Assembly (NCBI GenBank): GCA_021324265.1 | Contig: JAJPJK010000008.1 | Coordinates: 33,041-97,040 of the forward strand | Length of the DNA stretch: 64,000 bases | Direction: 5' to 3' | DNA from: Thermoproteota archaeon | Lineage (GTDB): Archaea > Thermoproteota > Thermoprotei > Gearchaeales > Gearchaeaceae | Part shown: piece after piece, positions 39,481 to 49,554 of the stretch | How the letters are laid out: every line of letters starts with the position of its first letter | Numbering within the stretch: the stretch's first letter is position 1 | The notes under the pieces: generated by a model | Database searches by the model: none | What the model saw: only the letters and a program-made list of their open reading frames with translations | What the model was told of the DNA's origin: nothing | Position numbers and translations under genes: made by a program

Positions 39481-40858
39481 AGATATATACAGATCTAGAC
39501 TGAGCAAATCCTTATCTGAAAGAGCTAGAAAATATCTATCTTCGATAAAAGAAGATGCTGAGTTTTTCAATGAGGAAATACAGACACAAATTGCACACGT
39601 AGCGATGCTCCAAAGAATAGGCATTTTTGAAAAAGAGGAAGCAAAAAGGATAGTAGATGCCTTAATGGCGATAAGCAAGGAAGAGTTGATATCTTCAACA
39701 TTCGAGGACATCCATGAGTTCATTGAAGCAAAGCTAATAGAAAAGCTAGGTGAAGTTGCAATGAAAATACAAACTGGCAGATCGAGAAATGATCAAGTGG
39801 CAACAATTACAAGACTTAAACTCAAAAACTTATTATTGAAATCGCTTGAAGCAGAAATAAAATTCGTTAAAGACTTGTTGGATAGAGCTGAGAAGGATAT
39901 AGAGTGCCTAATAATATACAGAACTCACAGAAGGGATGCCCAAGTAGCTAATCTATCTCATTACTGGCTAGCTTTTGTCGATTCTTCGATGAGAAACCTT
40001 GAAAGGATAATTGAAGCATATCATAGATGCGATCTTTCACCTCTCGGTGCTTCAGCATGTGGAGGAAGTCTTATTCCTTTAGATCGCGAGTTTACAAAAG
40101 AAATGTTAGGCTTTAGTGGTTTGATAGAAAATAGCCTTGACGCAGTAACAACTAGAGATTTCATACTCGATTCTCTACATGCTCTCACATGCATCATGGT
40201 TGATCTTTCCAGAATGGCAGAAGATTTGATATACTGGACTGATATGAAAATATTAGATATTGATGATAGCCATGCATCAACTTCAAGCTTGATGCCACAC
40301 AAGAAAAATCCAGACGTCCTAGAAATGATAAAAGCAAGAGCAAAAGAAGTAATTTCTGGATATGGTACTGTTTCCAACATTTTATCTTCTCTACCCTCTG
40401 GATATAACAGAGAACTACAACGTGTCAAAGCAATTGTAATTGAGAAAACAAAGCTTGCTATAGAAAGCATCGAGATGATGGCTGAAGTAGTTCACTTAAT
40501 CAAATACGACAAGAATAAAGCAGAAGAAGCTATTTTAAGAAGCGAAAGCATAGCTACGGATATAGCCGAATATCTAGTTCTCAACACTAAAATTCCATTC
40601 AGGGAGATACATAAAGGAGTAGCAAATATTTTCAGAGAGTTAAGCAATAAAAAAGAAATTATGGACAGAATATCATCATATTTCAAGATTGAAAGTTTGG
40701 AAAAATTAGAACCAAAATTACTATTGAGTTTAAGGAAAAGCCTAGGTTCGCCTAATCCTTCTGAGATTAAAAGAATGCTTAGCGATAGAAAAGATAAAAT
40801 TGTTTACTTCGAAGACTTCTTAGAAAAACATAAAAAAGTTGTTAAAGAAGTTACATAA
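39473..40858 (+). CDS. argH: Argininosuccinate lyase
   Basis: EDIHE, TGRSRNDQVA, TSSLMPHKKNPD, SGYNRELQ, PFREIH. Confidence 0.95.
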   Translation: MSKDIYRSRLSKSLSERARKYLSSIKEDAEFFNEEIQTQIAHVAMLQRIGIFEKEEAKRIVDALMAISKEELISSTFEDIHEFIEAKLIEKLGEVAMKIQTGRSRNDQVATITRLKLKNLLLKSLEAEIKFVKDLLDRAEKDIECLIIYRTHRRDAQVANLSHYWLAFVDSSMRNLERIIEAYHRCDLSPLGASACGGSLIPLDREFTKEMLGFSGLIENSLDAVTTRDFILDSLHALTCIMVDLSRMAEDLIYWTDMKILDIDDSHASTSSLMPHKKNPDVLEMIKARAKEVISGYGTVSNILSSLPSGYNRELQRVKAIVIEKTKLAIESIEMMAEVVHLIKYDKNKAEEAILRSESIATDIAEYLVLNTKIPFREIHKGVANIFRELSNKKEIMDRISSYFKIESLEKLEPKLLLSLRKSLGSPNPSEIKRMLSDRKDKIVYFEDFLEKHKKVVKEVT

Positions 40859-40920
40859 AGATATATGGCTATCCTAATTAATTATTAATCTTTAAAAAAT
40901 AAAAGAAGTATTATTTAATA

Positions 40921-41490
40921 ATGACTAAATTGGAGAAGGCTGTAAGGATGGCCATTTCCAGAGTGGTTGCTATAGCCATTGTAGTTATAATTGTTGTAGC
41001 TGCCGTAGCAGGAGTTTATCTTTACACACTTCTAACATCGCAGAAAATACCACAGATGACTTTAGCTCCAACTAGTTACGAGGTAATTCAAGGCGAACCA
41101 ATTAATTTTACATTCTATAACTTGATTCCGAATACAATAATAGTATTACACACTGGTGATGGAAATACAAAGAATGTGACTGCAACAAGCAGTCAGGCAT
41201 CTATTGTTTATACTTATCAGAATGGAGGACATTACCTTGTTTACGCGGATGAGATACAGAATGGAAAGATTATAAATAGCACATTCAATTCACTCATACA
41301 AATCATTGTAACACCTACTCTGAACAAGGATATATCGGATAAGGTTTCGATACCTACAATTGGTTTTAACACCACCAAAAATCCTGATGCACCAATAGTT
41401 CCAGTAAACAATACAGTTATCTCATACGAAGAAAACCCAATGATAGGAGGAGCGGGCGATAGCCTGTTTTACTGGTGGGTTAAAGGCTGA
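40921..41490 (+). pseudogene. Peptide ABC substrate-binding protein gene with most of its core apparently deleted
   Basis: N-terminal membrane anchor and PKD-like segment (TGDG..YTY..GHY) run straight into an SBP-type C-terminus (ENPMIGGAGDSLFYWWVKG); only 189 aa, at the dppA position. Confidence 0.65.
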
Positions 41491-41535
41491 ATTTTTTATA
41501 AATTTATTTTTTATGAATTCACTTGAATATTTAGT

Positions 41536-42591
41536 ATGAAACTTTGGGCCTATATATTGAGAAGAATACTCATACTCATCCCAACTCTTATAGGGCTGAC
41601 CTTGATGGTTTTCGTTATCATTCATCTGCAAGGTAATAACCTTCTCTTGGCACAATATCTCAACCCCAGACTCACAGGTCCTGCGAAACAGCAACAACTA
41701 GAGGCGCTAACTGAAAGATTCCATCTAAACGATCCTGTATATATCCAGTATTTTTACTGGCTCCAACAGATAATAACTGGTGATTGGGGCTATACTAACA
41801 CGCCCATATATAGTGGATCTGTTACGACTGCAATTTCCCTCTTTCTGCCCAATACTATTATTATTGCAGTATTTGCATCAATAATAATATGGCTATTAAG
41901 TATACCCTTGGGAGTTTCTTCTGCTGTTAATAGAGATTCAATCAGAGATCATCTGATAAGGGTTTCATCATTCACGCTTTATGCGATGCCTATCTATTTA
42001 ATAGCAATAGCTTTGATCATATTGCTTGGAGTTTATTTCCATGTTTTACCTTTTAGCGGCCCAGTAAATCCTTTACTTGTATCGAATCTAGATTGGTATA
42101 AAAATGGTATCTCTTATCCTACACATATATTACTCATCGATGCGCTCATACATGGAAATTTAACTGTCGCATGGGATGCTTTCCTCCATGTCATAATGCC
42201 TTCAGTTACCTTAGCTTTAGGTATTATGGCCGGGATAATTAGGATACTAAGGGCTAGCATGCTCGAAGTGCTCGAACAAGATTACATCAGACTTGCAAGA
42301 GCAAAAGGTGTACCTGAAAAAATAGTGATCAACTTACATGCAAGAAGGAATGCGCTTCTGCCTGTTGCTACATCATTTGGCTACACTGTAGCTGGTCTTC
42401 TAGGAGGAGCAGTTGTTATCGAAACAGTATTCAACTATCCAGGAATAGGCTATTGGACTACCCAAGCTCTACTCGTAAATGACGTAGGAGGTATAATGTC
42501 TTCAACATTGTTGTTCGGACTTATCCTTGTATTTACAACCTTGATCCTAGATATCTTATATGCGTTAATAGACCCGAGGATAAGATATTAA
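41536..42591 (+). CDS. dppB: Peptide ABC permease DppB/OppB
   Basis: GDWG, EAA-type loop DYIRLARAKG, HARRNA, ETVFNYPGIG, DPRIR. Confidence 0.92.
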   Translation: MKLWAYILRRILILIPTLIGLTLMVFVIIHLQGNNLLLAQYLNPRLTGPAKQQQLEALTERFHLNDPVYIQYFYWLQQIITGDWGYTNTPIYSGSVTTAISLFLPNTIIIAVFASIIIWLLSIPLGVSSAVNRDSIRDHLIRVSSFTLYAMPIYLIAIALIILLGVYFHVLPFSGPVNPLLVSNLDWYKNGISYPTHILLIDALIHGNLTVAWDAFLHVIMPSVTLALGIMAGIIRILRASMLEVLEQDYIRLARAKGVPEKIVINLHARRNALLPVATSFGYTVAGLLGGAVVIETVFNYPGIGYWTTQALLVNDVGGIMSSTLLFGLILVFTTLILDILYALIDPRIRY

Positions 42592-43481
42592 TGGAAAAAA
42601 GAATGGAAGCTAAGGAGATTGAAGGTCTGCGATTATCATTGGTAATATTTTTCTCGAACAAAACTGCAGTTGTAGGATTAATGATTTTCATGGCATACGT
42701 AATAGATGCGCTTTTGATGCAATTTGCACCTTCTATGCTGGGCGTGAATAACCCTAATGCGCTCGCTTTTGACTATTCCAACACAATACCTCAGCCTCCA
42801 AGTCCAGAGCATATCCTAGGCACAACTTACTTCGGAGTAGATTTGCTACAAGCAATAATGCAGGCAATAAGAATAGATCTTGGCTACTCAGGATTAATTG
42901 TAATAAGTGGAGCTCTTATAGGCGCTTTATTTGGGATCATATCTGCTTATGCAGGTGGTTGGTTCGATGAGATCCTTATGAGAATAACTGATATATTCTT
43001 CGGCATACCATATCTAGTTTTAGCCTTAGGCGTAGGCTTTGCACTAGGTAGGACGATTGAGAGCATGATCATCGCATTGATAATAGTATGGTGGCCACTC
43101 TATGAAAGATATACAAGAAGCCTTACACTCAGTATTAAGGAACAAACTTTTATTGAAGCAGCAAAAGCATCAGGCGTAAGCGATCTTAAAATCATGATCA
43201 AACACATATTCCCGAATACTCTTCCGCCTGTTCTAGTACAAATATCACTCGACCTAGGAGTTGTAATGGCGATATTCGCAACCTTAACTTTCATAGGTTT
43301 CTTACCGACGGGCAACTTACCTGAGCTTGGTTATCTCACAAGTCTAGGATTGAATTATATCCAAATAGCTCCTTGGGCAACAATCTTCCCAGGTCTAGCA
43401 ATAACCATTTTTGCATTAGCAGTCAACTTAATGGGAGATGGATTGAGAGATGTCATAGATCCAAGAAGGCGAAGTTCATGA
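42591..43481 (+). CDS. dppC: Peptide ABC permease DppC/OppC
   Basis: PPSPEHILGT, MRITD, FIEAAKASG, NLMGDGLRD. Confidence 0.92.
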   Translation: MEKRMEAKEIEGLRLSLVIFFSNKTAVVGLMIFMAYVIDALLMQFAPSMLGVNNPNALAFDYSNTIPQPPSPEHILGTTYFGVDLLQAIMQAIRIDLGYSGLIVISGALIGALFGIISAYAGGWFDEILMRITDIFFGIPYLVLALGVGFALGRTIESMIIALIIVWWPLYERYTRSLTLSIKEQTFIEAAKASGVSDLKIMIKHIFPNTLPPVLVQISLDLGVVMAIFATLTFIGFLPTGNLPELGYLTSLGLNYIQIAPWATIFPGLAITIFALAVNLMGDGLRDVIDPRRRSS

Positions 43482-44824
43482 GCGAAGGGCCTGTAATCAA
43501 AATCGACGATCTACATGTTTATTTTTTCACTAGGAGAGGAATTTATCAAGCACTGAGGGGGGTTAATCTAACCCTTAATAAAGGAGAAGTATTAGGTCTT
43601 GCAGGAGAAAGCGGGTCAGGTAAATCAACACTTGGATTAGCAATTATGGGCTTGCTTCCGAGAAATGCGATAATTCCAAAAGGGAGCATAATTTTGGGAA
43701 ATGGGACAGATTTGGTAGAGAAGATAAGAGGGAAAGCTCCATTCAAGAAAGACAAGTTGAATCTTAGGAAAAATGAGTTGCTGATTAGAAATTTGAACAA
43801 ACACTTACAGAAAATAAGGGGTAAGAGGATATCTATGGTCTTCCAAGAACCAATGACCGCGCTGAATCCTGTTTTGCAAATAGGTTACCAAATAGCTGAG
43901 ACCGTACTATACCATGACGCTGAAAGGCTAATAAGAAGGGCGCTAGCTAGAGAAAAAGTTACACGGGAAGACTTAAGGAATATGATAAAAATCCTAAAGA
44001 ATGAAGGAGAAAGAGGTATATATGAGTATGCGCTTAAAGCGGGGCTGAATGGTATTGAGGAACAAATATTTGCTATATGGAATAGGGAGGATATACATGA
44101 AGCAAAGAAGGAAAAAATGATAATTGATCTGGCAAAAGATAAACTTGGTCTCTTTGAACGAATAGGTTTAAAATTAGCACGTAAAGGAATGTTAAAAATA
44201 CCTTTAATTTCCAGATTAGCTAGGAGAGCACTCATCAAAGAAGGCTATAGAGTAGCTAAGGAGTTACTTTCATCATTAGGTATACCGCAGGTTGATTCTG
44301 TAGTGAAAATGTATCCACATGAATTATCTGGAGGTATGCGCCAAAGAGTGGTGATTGCCATAGCGCTGGCAAATAATCCTGATGTTGTGATCTTAGATGA
44401 GCCAACGAGTGCGCTAGACGTAACTATTCAGGCCCAGATTTTGGAGTTAATAAGAAATCTGAGAAAGAAAACAAATGCAGCATTCTTATTCATCTCCCAC
44501 GATTTGTCCGTACTCGCTGAAGTTTCTGATAGAATCGCAATAATGTATGCTGGTAAAGTTATGGAGGTGGGAAGAGTTGAACAAATATTCGAAGAGCCAT
44601 TGCATCCTTACACAAAGATGCTTCTAGATGTCATACCTACAATGGAGAAAGATACGCTTAAACCGGCTAAAGGAACAATCCCTGATGCAAGATATCCGCC
44701 TCCAGGCTGTCCATTTGCGCCTAGATGCCCATTTGCAAAGGAGGATTGTTTGAAGTTCGATAGAGAGATAGCAGTGACCAAGGATCACATAGTTTCGTGC
44801 ATTCTCTACGAAAATAAAAAATGA
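43478..44824 (+). CDS. dppD: Peptide ABC ATPase DppD with a long insertion
   Basis: GESGSGKS, FQEPM, YPHELSGGMRQR, C-terminal Cys cluster. Start ATG 43478 (ATGA overlap) rather than 43373. Confidence 0.92.
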   Translation: MSEGPVIKIDDLHVYFFTRRGIYQALRGVNLTLNKGEVLGLAGESGSGKSTLGLAIMGLLPRNAIIPKGSIILGNGTDLVEKIRGKAPFKKDKLNLRKNELLIRNLNKHLQKIRGKRISMVFQEPMTALNPVLQIGYQIAETVLYHDAERLIRRALAREKVTREDLRNMIKILKNEGERGIYEYALKAGLNGIEEQIFAIWNREDIHEAKKEKMIIDLAKDKLGLFERIGLKLARKGMLKIPLISRLARRALIKEGYRVAKELLSSLGIPQVDSVVKMYPHELSGGMRQRVVIAIALANNPDVVILDEPTSALDVTIQAQILELIRNLRKKTNAAFLFISHDLSVLAEVSDRIAIMYAGKVMEVGRVEQIFEEPLHPYTKMLLDVIPTMEKDTLKPAKGTIPDARYPPPGCPFAPRCPFAKEDCLKFDREIAVTKDHIVSCILYENKK

Positions 44825-46104
44825 TCGCAGCTTTCGGAATAAGGAAATATTTCAATGTTAAACAAAGCATGCTTAGCAACCTCATGCTTAAGGCCGTCGA
44901 TGGTGTCGATCTAAAAATAAGAAAAGGTGAGATCTTTGGACTTGTAGGCGAGAGCGGATCGGGGAAGACCACTTTGGGAAGAATTCTTGTAGGTCTTCTC
45001 GAACCTACTGAAGGTGACGTTCTTTTCGATGTAGATGAAGATGTGACTTCAAGATATGAAAATGCTCTATTAAAAGGAGACAAAGAAGAACTTGAAGCAC
45101 TAAGCAAGAAATATTCTATATTCAAGAAAAGGGGCAACAATAGAAAGATATTAAGAAGGAAAATGAACATAGTTTTCCAAGATCCATATTCATCGCTTGA
45201 TCCTAGAATGAGAATAATTGATATAGTGAAAGAACCAATGATCGCAACTGACTATCTAAAAGGAGAAGCTGCAGAAAAACGAGTTCTTGATCTCCTAGAG
45301 GAAGTAGGTCTTGGAAAGAGTTTTGCACAGCGTTATCCACATGAGCTCAGTGGAGGCCAAAGGCAGAGAGTAGCTATAGCAAGAGCTCTTGCTACTGAGC
45401 CTGAGTTTGTTGTCCTAGATGAACCAACAAGTGCGCTAGACGTATCAGTGCAAGCACAGATTTTGAATCTGCTTAAGAAACTCAAACAAGAAAGAGAATT
45501 AACAATGCTTTTGATAACGCATAACATAGCTGTTGTTAGTTATATGGCTGATAGAGTAGGAGTTATGTATGCTGGCAAGCTTATGGAGGTCGGCGATAAA
45601 ATACAAGTCCTAAAGAATCCTAAGCATCCTTACACTGTTTCGCTAATATCCGCAGTTCCTCAACCTAAACCAAGATCTATAAGGCAAAGAATTGTGCTTA
45701 AAGGCGAACCGCCTAACCTAATATTCCTACCCAGAGGATGTATATTTCATCCTAGATGCCCATTTGCCTTCGAAGAATGCGGATGGTCAACAGACGAAAT
45801 AGTCGATGATTTATCTTATCTCATAAGCAGTAAATATTACGAGAGTTTCGGCGAAAGTGTATCGATTCGAACCAAGGATGAAAATACTATTATTATAGAA
45901 AACGCGAAGGCAGAGCTCATATCAGAAATTGTAGAAAAAGAAAAAGCAAATCTCAAGAGCCTAACAGCAATAAAAAAGATAACTCAAGAAGTTAATTATG
46001 TCGAGATTAAAATACATGATTTCATAACACCTGAACTCTATAAATTAGATGACGGTAGAAAAGTAGCCTGTTTATTATTTAGAGCTGAAGAGAAAAACGC
46101 CTAA
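44821..46104 (+). CDS. dppF: Peptide ABC ATPase DppF
   Basis: GESGSGKTT, FQDPYSSL, YPHELSGGQRQR, GCIFHPRCP. Confidence 0.92.
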   Translation: MIAAFGIRKYFNVKQSMLSNLMLKAVDGVDLKIRKGEIFGLVGESGSGKTTLGRILVGLLEPTEGDVLFDVDEDVTSRYENALLKGDKEELEALSKKYSIFKKRGNNRKILRRKMNIVFQDPYSSLDPRMRIIDIVKEPMIATDYLKGEAAEKRVLDLLEEVGLGKSFAQRYPHELSGGQRQRVAIARALATEPEFVVLDEPTSALDVSVQAQILNLLKKLKQERELTMLLITHNIAVVSYMADRVGVMYAGKLMEVGDKIQVLKNPKHPYTVSLISAVPQPKPRSIRQRIVLKGEPPNLIFLPRGCIFHPRCPFAFEECGWSTDEIVDDLSYLISSKYYESFGESVSIRTKDENTIIIENAKAELISEIVEKEKANLKSLTAIKKITQEVNYVEIKIHDFITPELYKLDDGRKVACLLFRAEEKNA

Positions 46105-46108
46105 CTTT

Positions 46109-48022
46109 TTGATGGATAAGCTTGTAGCTATCGATATAGGAGGCACATTTACAGATATAGTCATTTATGATGGTAAGATAAAAATTAGAAAGATTTTTAC
46201 AGGGAACAACCCTGAAACACTGGTCGACTCATTGATCAAAGAGTTCTTAGATTTCAAAATTCTTCATGCGACTACGCTCGCTACTAACGCGATCCTAACC
46301 AGACAAGGCTTACCCAGAGTAGCAATGATCACTACAAAGGGATTTAAGGACGTAATAGAAATAGGTCGCCAAAATCGGCCCAAACTATATGACCTCTTTT
46401 TCGAAAAACCGAGACCGCTTGTTGAAGAAGAAATGAGGTTTGAGGTAAATGAAAGAATAGATTCACGTGGGAAAATTCTCGCGCATCTTGATCATAACGA
46501 ACTCAATGAAGTCCTTAAAAGAATTAAGTCCAAGGAAGTTCAAGTTATTGCTGTTTGTTTATTGAATTCTTATGTTAACCCCGAACATGAAAGAACAATA
46601 GCTTCAGAAGCAAGGAAAAGCTTTGAATACGTCTCAGCTTCCTACGAAGTAGCAAACGAGCCTAGAGAATATGAAAGAACTTCTACAACTGTAATAAACG
46701 CATTACTCATGCCTATATTAAGTAAGTATCTTGCAAGATTCAAGCAAGTCTATGTTATGTCTAGCGCTGGAGGACTTGTCGATAAACACGAAGCAATTCA
46801 AAGACCCGTGCAACTCATCGAATCAGGACCTGCCGCTGGCGTTATTGCGAGTGCAGAACTAGCGAGAATACTTGGCATAAAAAATGTAATAAGCCTAGAC
46901 ATGGGTGGAACAACTGCAAAGGCATCATCAATTTTAGATAATACGATCTCCATTACCAGTGAATACGAGGTTGCCGGTGAAGTACATCATGGTAGGATCA
47001 TCAAGGGTTCCGGATACCCACTAAGATTCCCCTTCATAGATCTGGCGGAAGTTTCTACAGGTGGAGGAAGTATAATATGGAAAGATAAAGAAGAAGCATT
47101 AAGAGTTGGGCCGATCAGTGCTGGTTCTTATCCTGGTCCTGCATGCTATCGCTTAGGCGGACAAAATCCTACAATAACTGATGCCAATCTTTTGCTGGGA
47201 AGAATTAGCGATGAAATATCGGGCTATAAGCTAGATAAAGCTGCCAGCATAAAAGTGCTAAGCAAACTGGGTGATCCTTATCGAATTTCTAGAGATGCAC
47301 TTTCCATCGCTAACTTAGAACTAGCAAGAGCGATAAGGCTGGTAACCATTGAAAGAGGCTACGATCCGATTGATTTTCATTTATTCGCCTTTGGAGGAGC
47401 TGGGCCCCAGCACGCATGCTTTGTTGGCGAGGAAATCGGCATAAGGAAGATTGTAATTCCGCCTATGCCGGGGCTTTTCAGCTCATTTGGTCTCTTATTA
47501 TGTGATGAGAAATATGAGCTAAGAGGAAGGCCAAAAGATAATCTTGAAGAAAGTTTCGAAGAACTCGAGAAAGAGTTAGAACACAAGCTTGGAAAGGTTG
47601 ATTACTTTGAAAGATATGCAGACATGAAATACAAAAGACAAGGATGGGAAATCATTGTTAAAATACCTAGCCCTTGCAGCGAGAAAGAAGCATATGAACT
47701 TTTTGAAGAAATACACATGAAAAATTATGGCTTCAAGCTTGAGGAAAAGATAGAGATAGTTACGATAAGGGTATTCGCAGTAATAAAGAAAAGACTCAAG
47801 GTAGAGGACCTAATTGAATACAGCATAGCTGGTCATGAAGTGAAGAAAAGGCTTGTATATCTCGATGATTTACAAGAAATACCCGTTTATCCGAGAGCTT
47901 TCCCAATGGGCACTGAAATTGAAGGTCCTGCAATAATTGAGGAATACAGTAGCTCCACATTCATCCCCAAAAATTGGAAAGCTAGAATAATAGAACTTGG
48001 ATGCATATTGCTTGAGAGATGA
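46109..48022 (+). CDS. Hydantoinase A / 5-oxoprolinase subunit A
   Basis: [48 protein letters not shown]. Confidence 0.92.
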   Translation: MMDKLVAIDIGGTFTDIVIYDGKIKIRKIFTGNNPETLVDSLIKEFLDFKILHATTLATNAILTRQGLPRVAMITTKGFKDVIEIGRQNRPKLYDLFFEKPRPLVEEEMRFEVNERIDSRGKILAHLDHNELNEVLKRIKSKEVQVIAVCLLNSYVNPEHERTIASEARKSFEYVSASYEVANEPREYERTSTTVINALLMPILSKYLARFKQVYVMSSAGGLVDKHEAIQRPVQLIESGPAAGVIASAELARILGIKNVISLDMGGTTAKASSILDNTISITSEYEVAGEVHHGRIIKGSGYPLRFPFIDLAEVSTGGGSIIWKDKEEALRVGPISAGSYPGPACYRLGGQNPTITDANLLLGRISDEISGYKLDKAASIKVLSKLGDPYRISRDALSIANLELARAIRLVTIERGYDPIDFHLFAFGGAGPQHACFVGEEIGIRKIVIPPMPGLFSSFGLLLCDEKYELRGRPKDNLEESFEELEKELEHKLGKVDYFERYADMKYKRQGWEIIVKIPSPCSEKEAYELFEEIHMKNYGFKLEEKIEIVTIRVFAVIKKRLKVEDLIEYSIAGHEVKKRLVYLDDLQEIPVYPRAFPMGTEIEGPAIIEEYSSSTFIPKNWKARIIELGCILLER

Positions 48023-49551
48023 TCTGGGAAATCATTCAGAAATCACTAGAATTCATTGCAGAAGAAATGGGTATCGTGCTTAAGCGTTCTTCAGTATCAC
48101 CAAATATAAGGGAAAGAAATGATTTCAGTTGCGGAATAATAGATGAAGAGGGTAGAATACTTGCTCTCGCTGAACACATTCCTGTTCATCTAGGCTCCTT
48201 CAAAGTCATGGCTAAAAATTGCATAGAGTACATACAAGAATTAGAAGAAGGAGATGTCTTGCTATTCAACGATCCATATATATCTGGAACTCATCTCAAC
48301 GACTTAACCTTGGCTAGACCTGTTTTCCACAATAATAAGCTAATAGCTTTAACCCTGAATAAAGCGCACCATGTAGATGTAGGAGGCCCTATACCTGCGA
48401 GCATAAATCCCAATGCCAAGACGATTTATGAAGAAGGTTTGATCATACCGCCAGTGAAGATTATGCGAAAGAATGAAATTATAAAGGAAGTGATAGATTT
48501 GATCAAAAGTAACTTCAAGGTTCCAAGTGCTTTCGTTGCTGATCTAAAAGCCCAGATAGCAGCAAGCATCAATGGCGAGAAAAGAATAAAAGAACTAATT
48601 GATAAAGTATCACTCGATGAATTCAAGGAAGCGAACTATAAAGCATTTAACTATTCAAAGAGGATAGTAGAAAAGAACTTGAGTGAATTTAGAGGCTACA
48701 GTTGCAATGCGGAAGACTACTTGGAGCTTGAAGAAGAACTCCTAACTATAAAAGTAAAAATTAACATAAATGATAAATTCTCAGTTGATTTTAGGGGCTC
48801 TTCCAAACAGATCGAAAGACCTTTGAATGCCGTCTATGGCGTTACGTTCTCATCCGTTTCCTTTGCACTGAGATGTTTGATAAGAGATTATCTTCCTCTA
48901 AATGAAGGATTCTATGAAATCATAAGCGTAAATGCTGACGAAGGCACAATCGTGAATCCCAAAAAGCCTGCTCCAGTTTCTGCTGGAAATCTAGAAACTA
49001 GCCAAAGGATTGTAGATGCAATATTTAAGGCTTTAGCAACTATCATGCCGAACAAAATTCCAGCTGCGGGATGTGGCACAATGATGAATGTTATGATGGG
49101 CGGAATAAGAAATGGGGAGTTTTGGAGTTATTATGAAACAATTGGTGGCGGATCCGGGGCAAGACCCAACAAAGATGGTGTTTCTGCGACACATACAAAC
49201 ATGACAAATACGCTAAACACACCCATTGAAATAGCTGAACTTGAATATCCTTTGCTATACACTATTTATGAAATCAGGAGAAACAGTGGTGGGTATGGAA
49301 AATATAAAGGTGGGGATGGCATTGTAAGAGGATTTAAAATCACCGAAAGAGCGACTTTATCGATTATTTCCGATAGATTTAGGATCCGCCCATGGGGATT
49401 AAATGGAGGTGGCCAAGGAGAAAGAGGAAGAAATACATTGATAAGAAATGGAATTCCAAAAGAGATGCCAAGTAAATTCACTATTGAACTCATTCAAGGA
49501 GATGAAGTCATAATTGAAACACCTGGAGGCGGAGGTTTTGGGGAAAAATAA
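48019..49551 (+). CDS. Hydantoinase B / 5-oxoprolinase subunit B
   Basis: SPNIRE.NDFSC, HIPVHLG, NDPY.SGTHLND, HHVDVGG, ETPGGGGFG. Confidence 0.92.
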   Translation: MIWEIIQKSLEFIAEEMGIVLKRSSVSPNIRERNDFSCGIIDEEGRILALAEHIPVHLGSFKVMAKNCIEYIQELEEGDVLLFNDPYISGTHLNDLTLARPVFHNNKLIALTLNKAHHVDVGGPIPASINPNAKTIYEEGLIIPPVKIMRKNEIIKEVIDLIKSNFKVPSAFVADLKAQIAASINGEKRIKELIDKVSLDEFKEANYKAFNYSKRIVEKNLSEFRGYSCNAEDYLELEEELLTIKVKININDKFSVDFRGSSKQIERPLNAVYGVTFSSVSFALRCLIRDYLPLNEGFYEIISVNADEGTIVNPKKPAPVSAGNLETSQRIVDAIFKALATIMPNKIPAAGCGTMMNVMMGGIRNGEFWSYYETIGGGSGARPNKDGVSATHTNMTNTLNTPIEIAELEYPLLYTIYEIRRNSGGYGKYKGGDGIVRGFKITERATLSIISDRFRIRPWGLNGGGQGERGRNTLIRNGIPKEMPSKFTIELIQGDEVIIETPGGGGFGEK

Positions 49552-49554
49552 TAA

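Noticed and set aside
43373-43477. N-terminal extensions in the track (dppD 43373, GT4 4917, small protein 10276, osmC 10213)
   Set aside because: Downstream ATGs fit ATGA overlaps or TATA spacing and family N-termini better.
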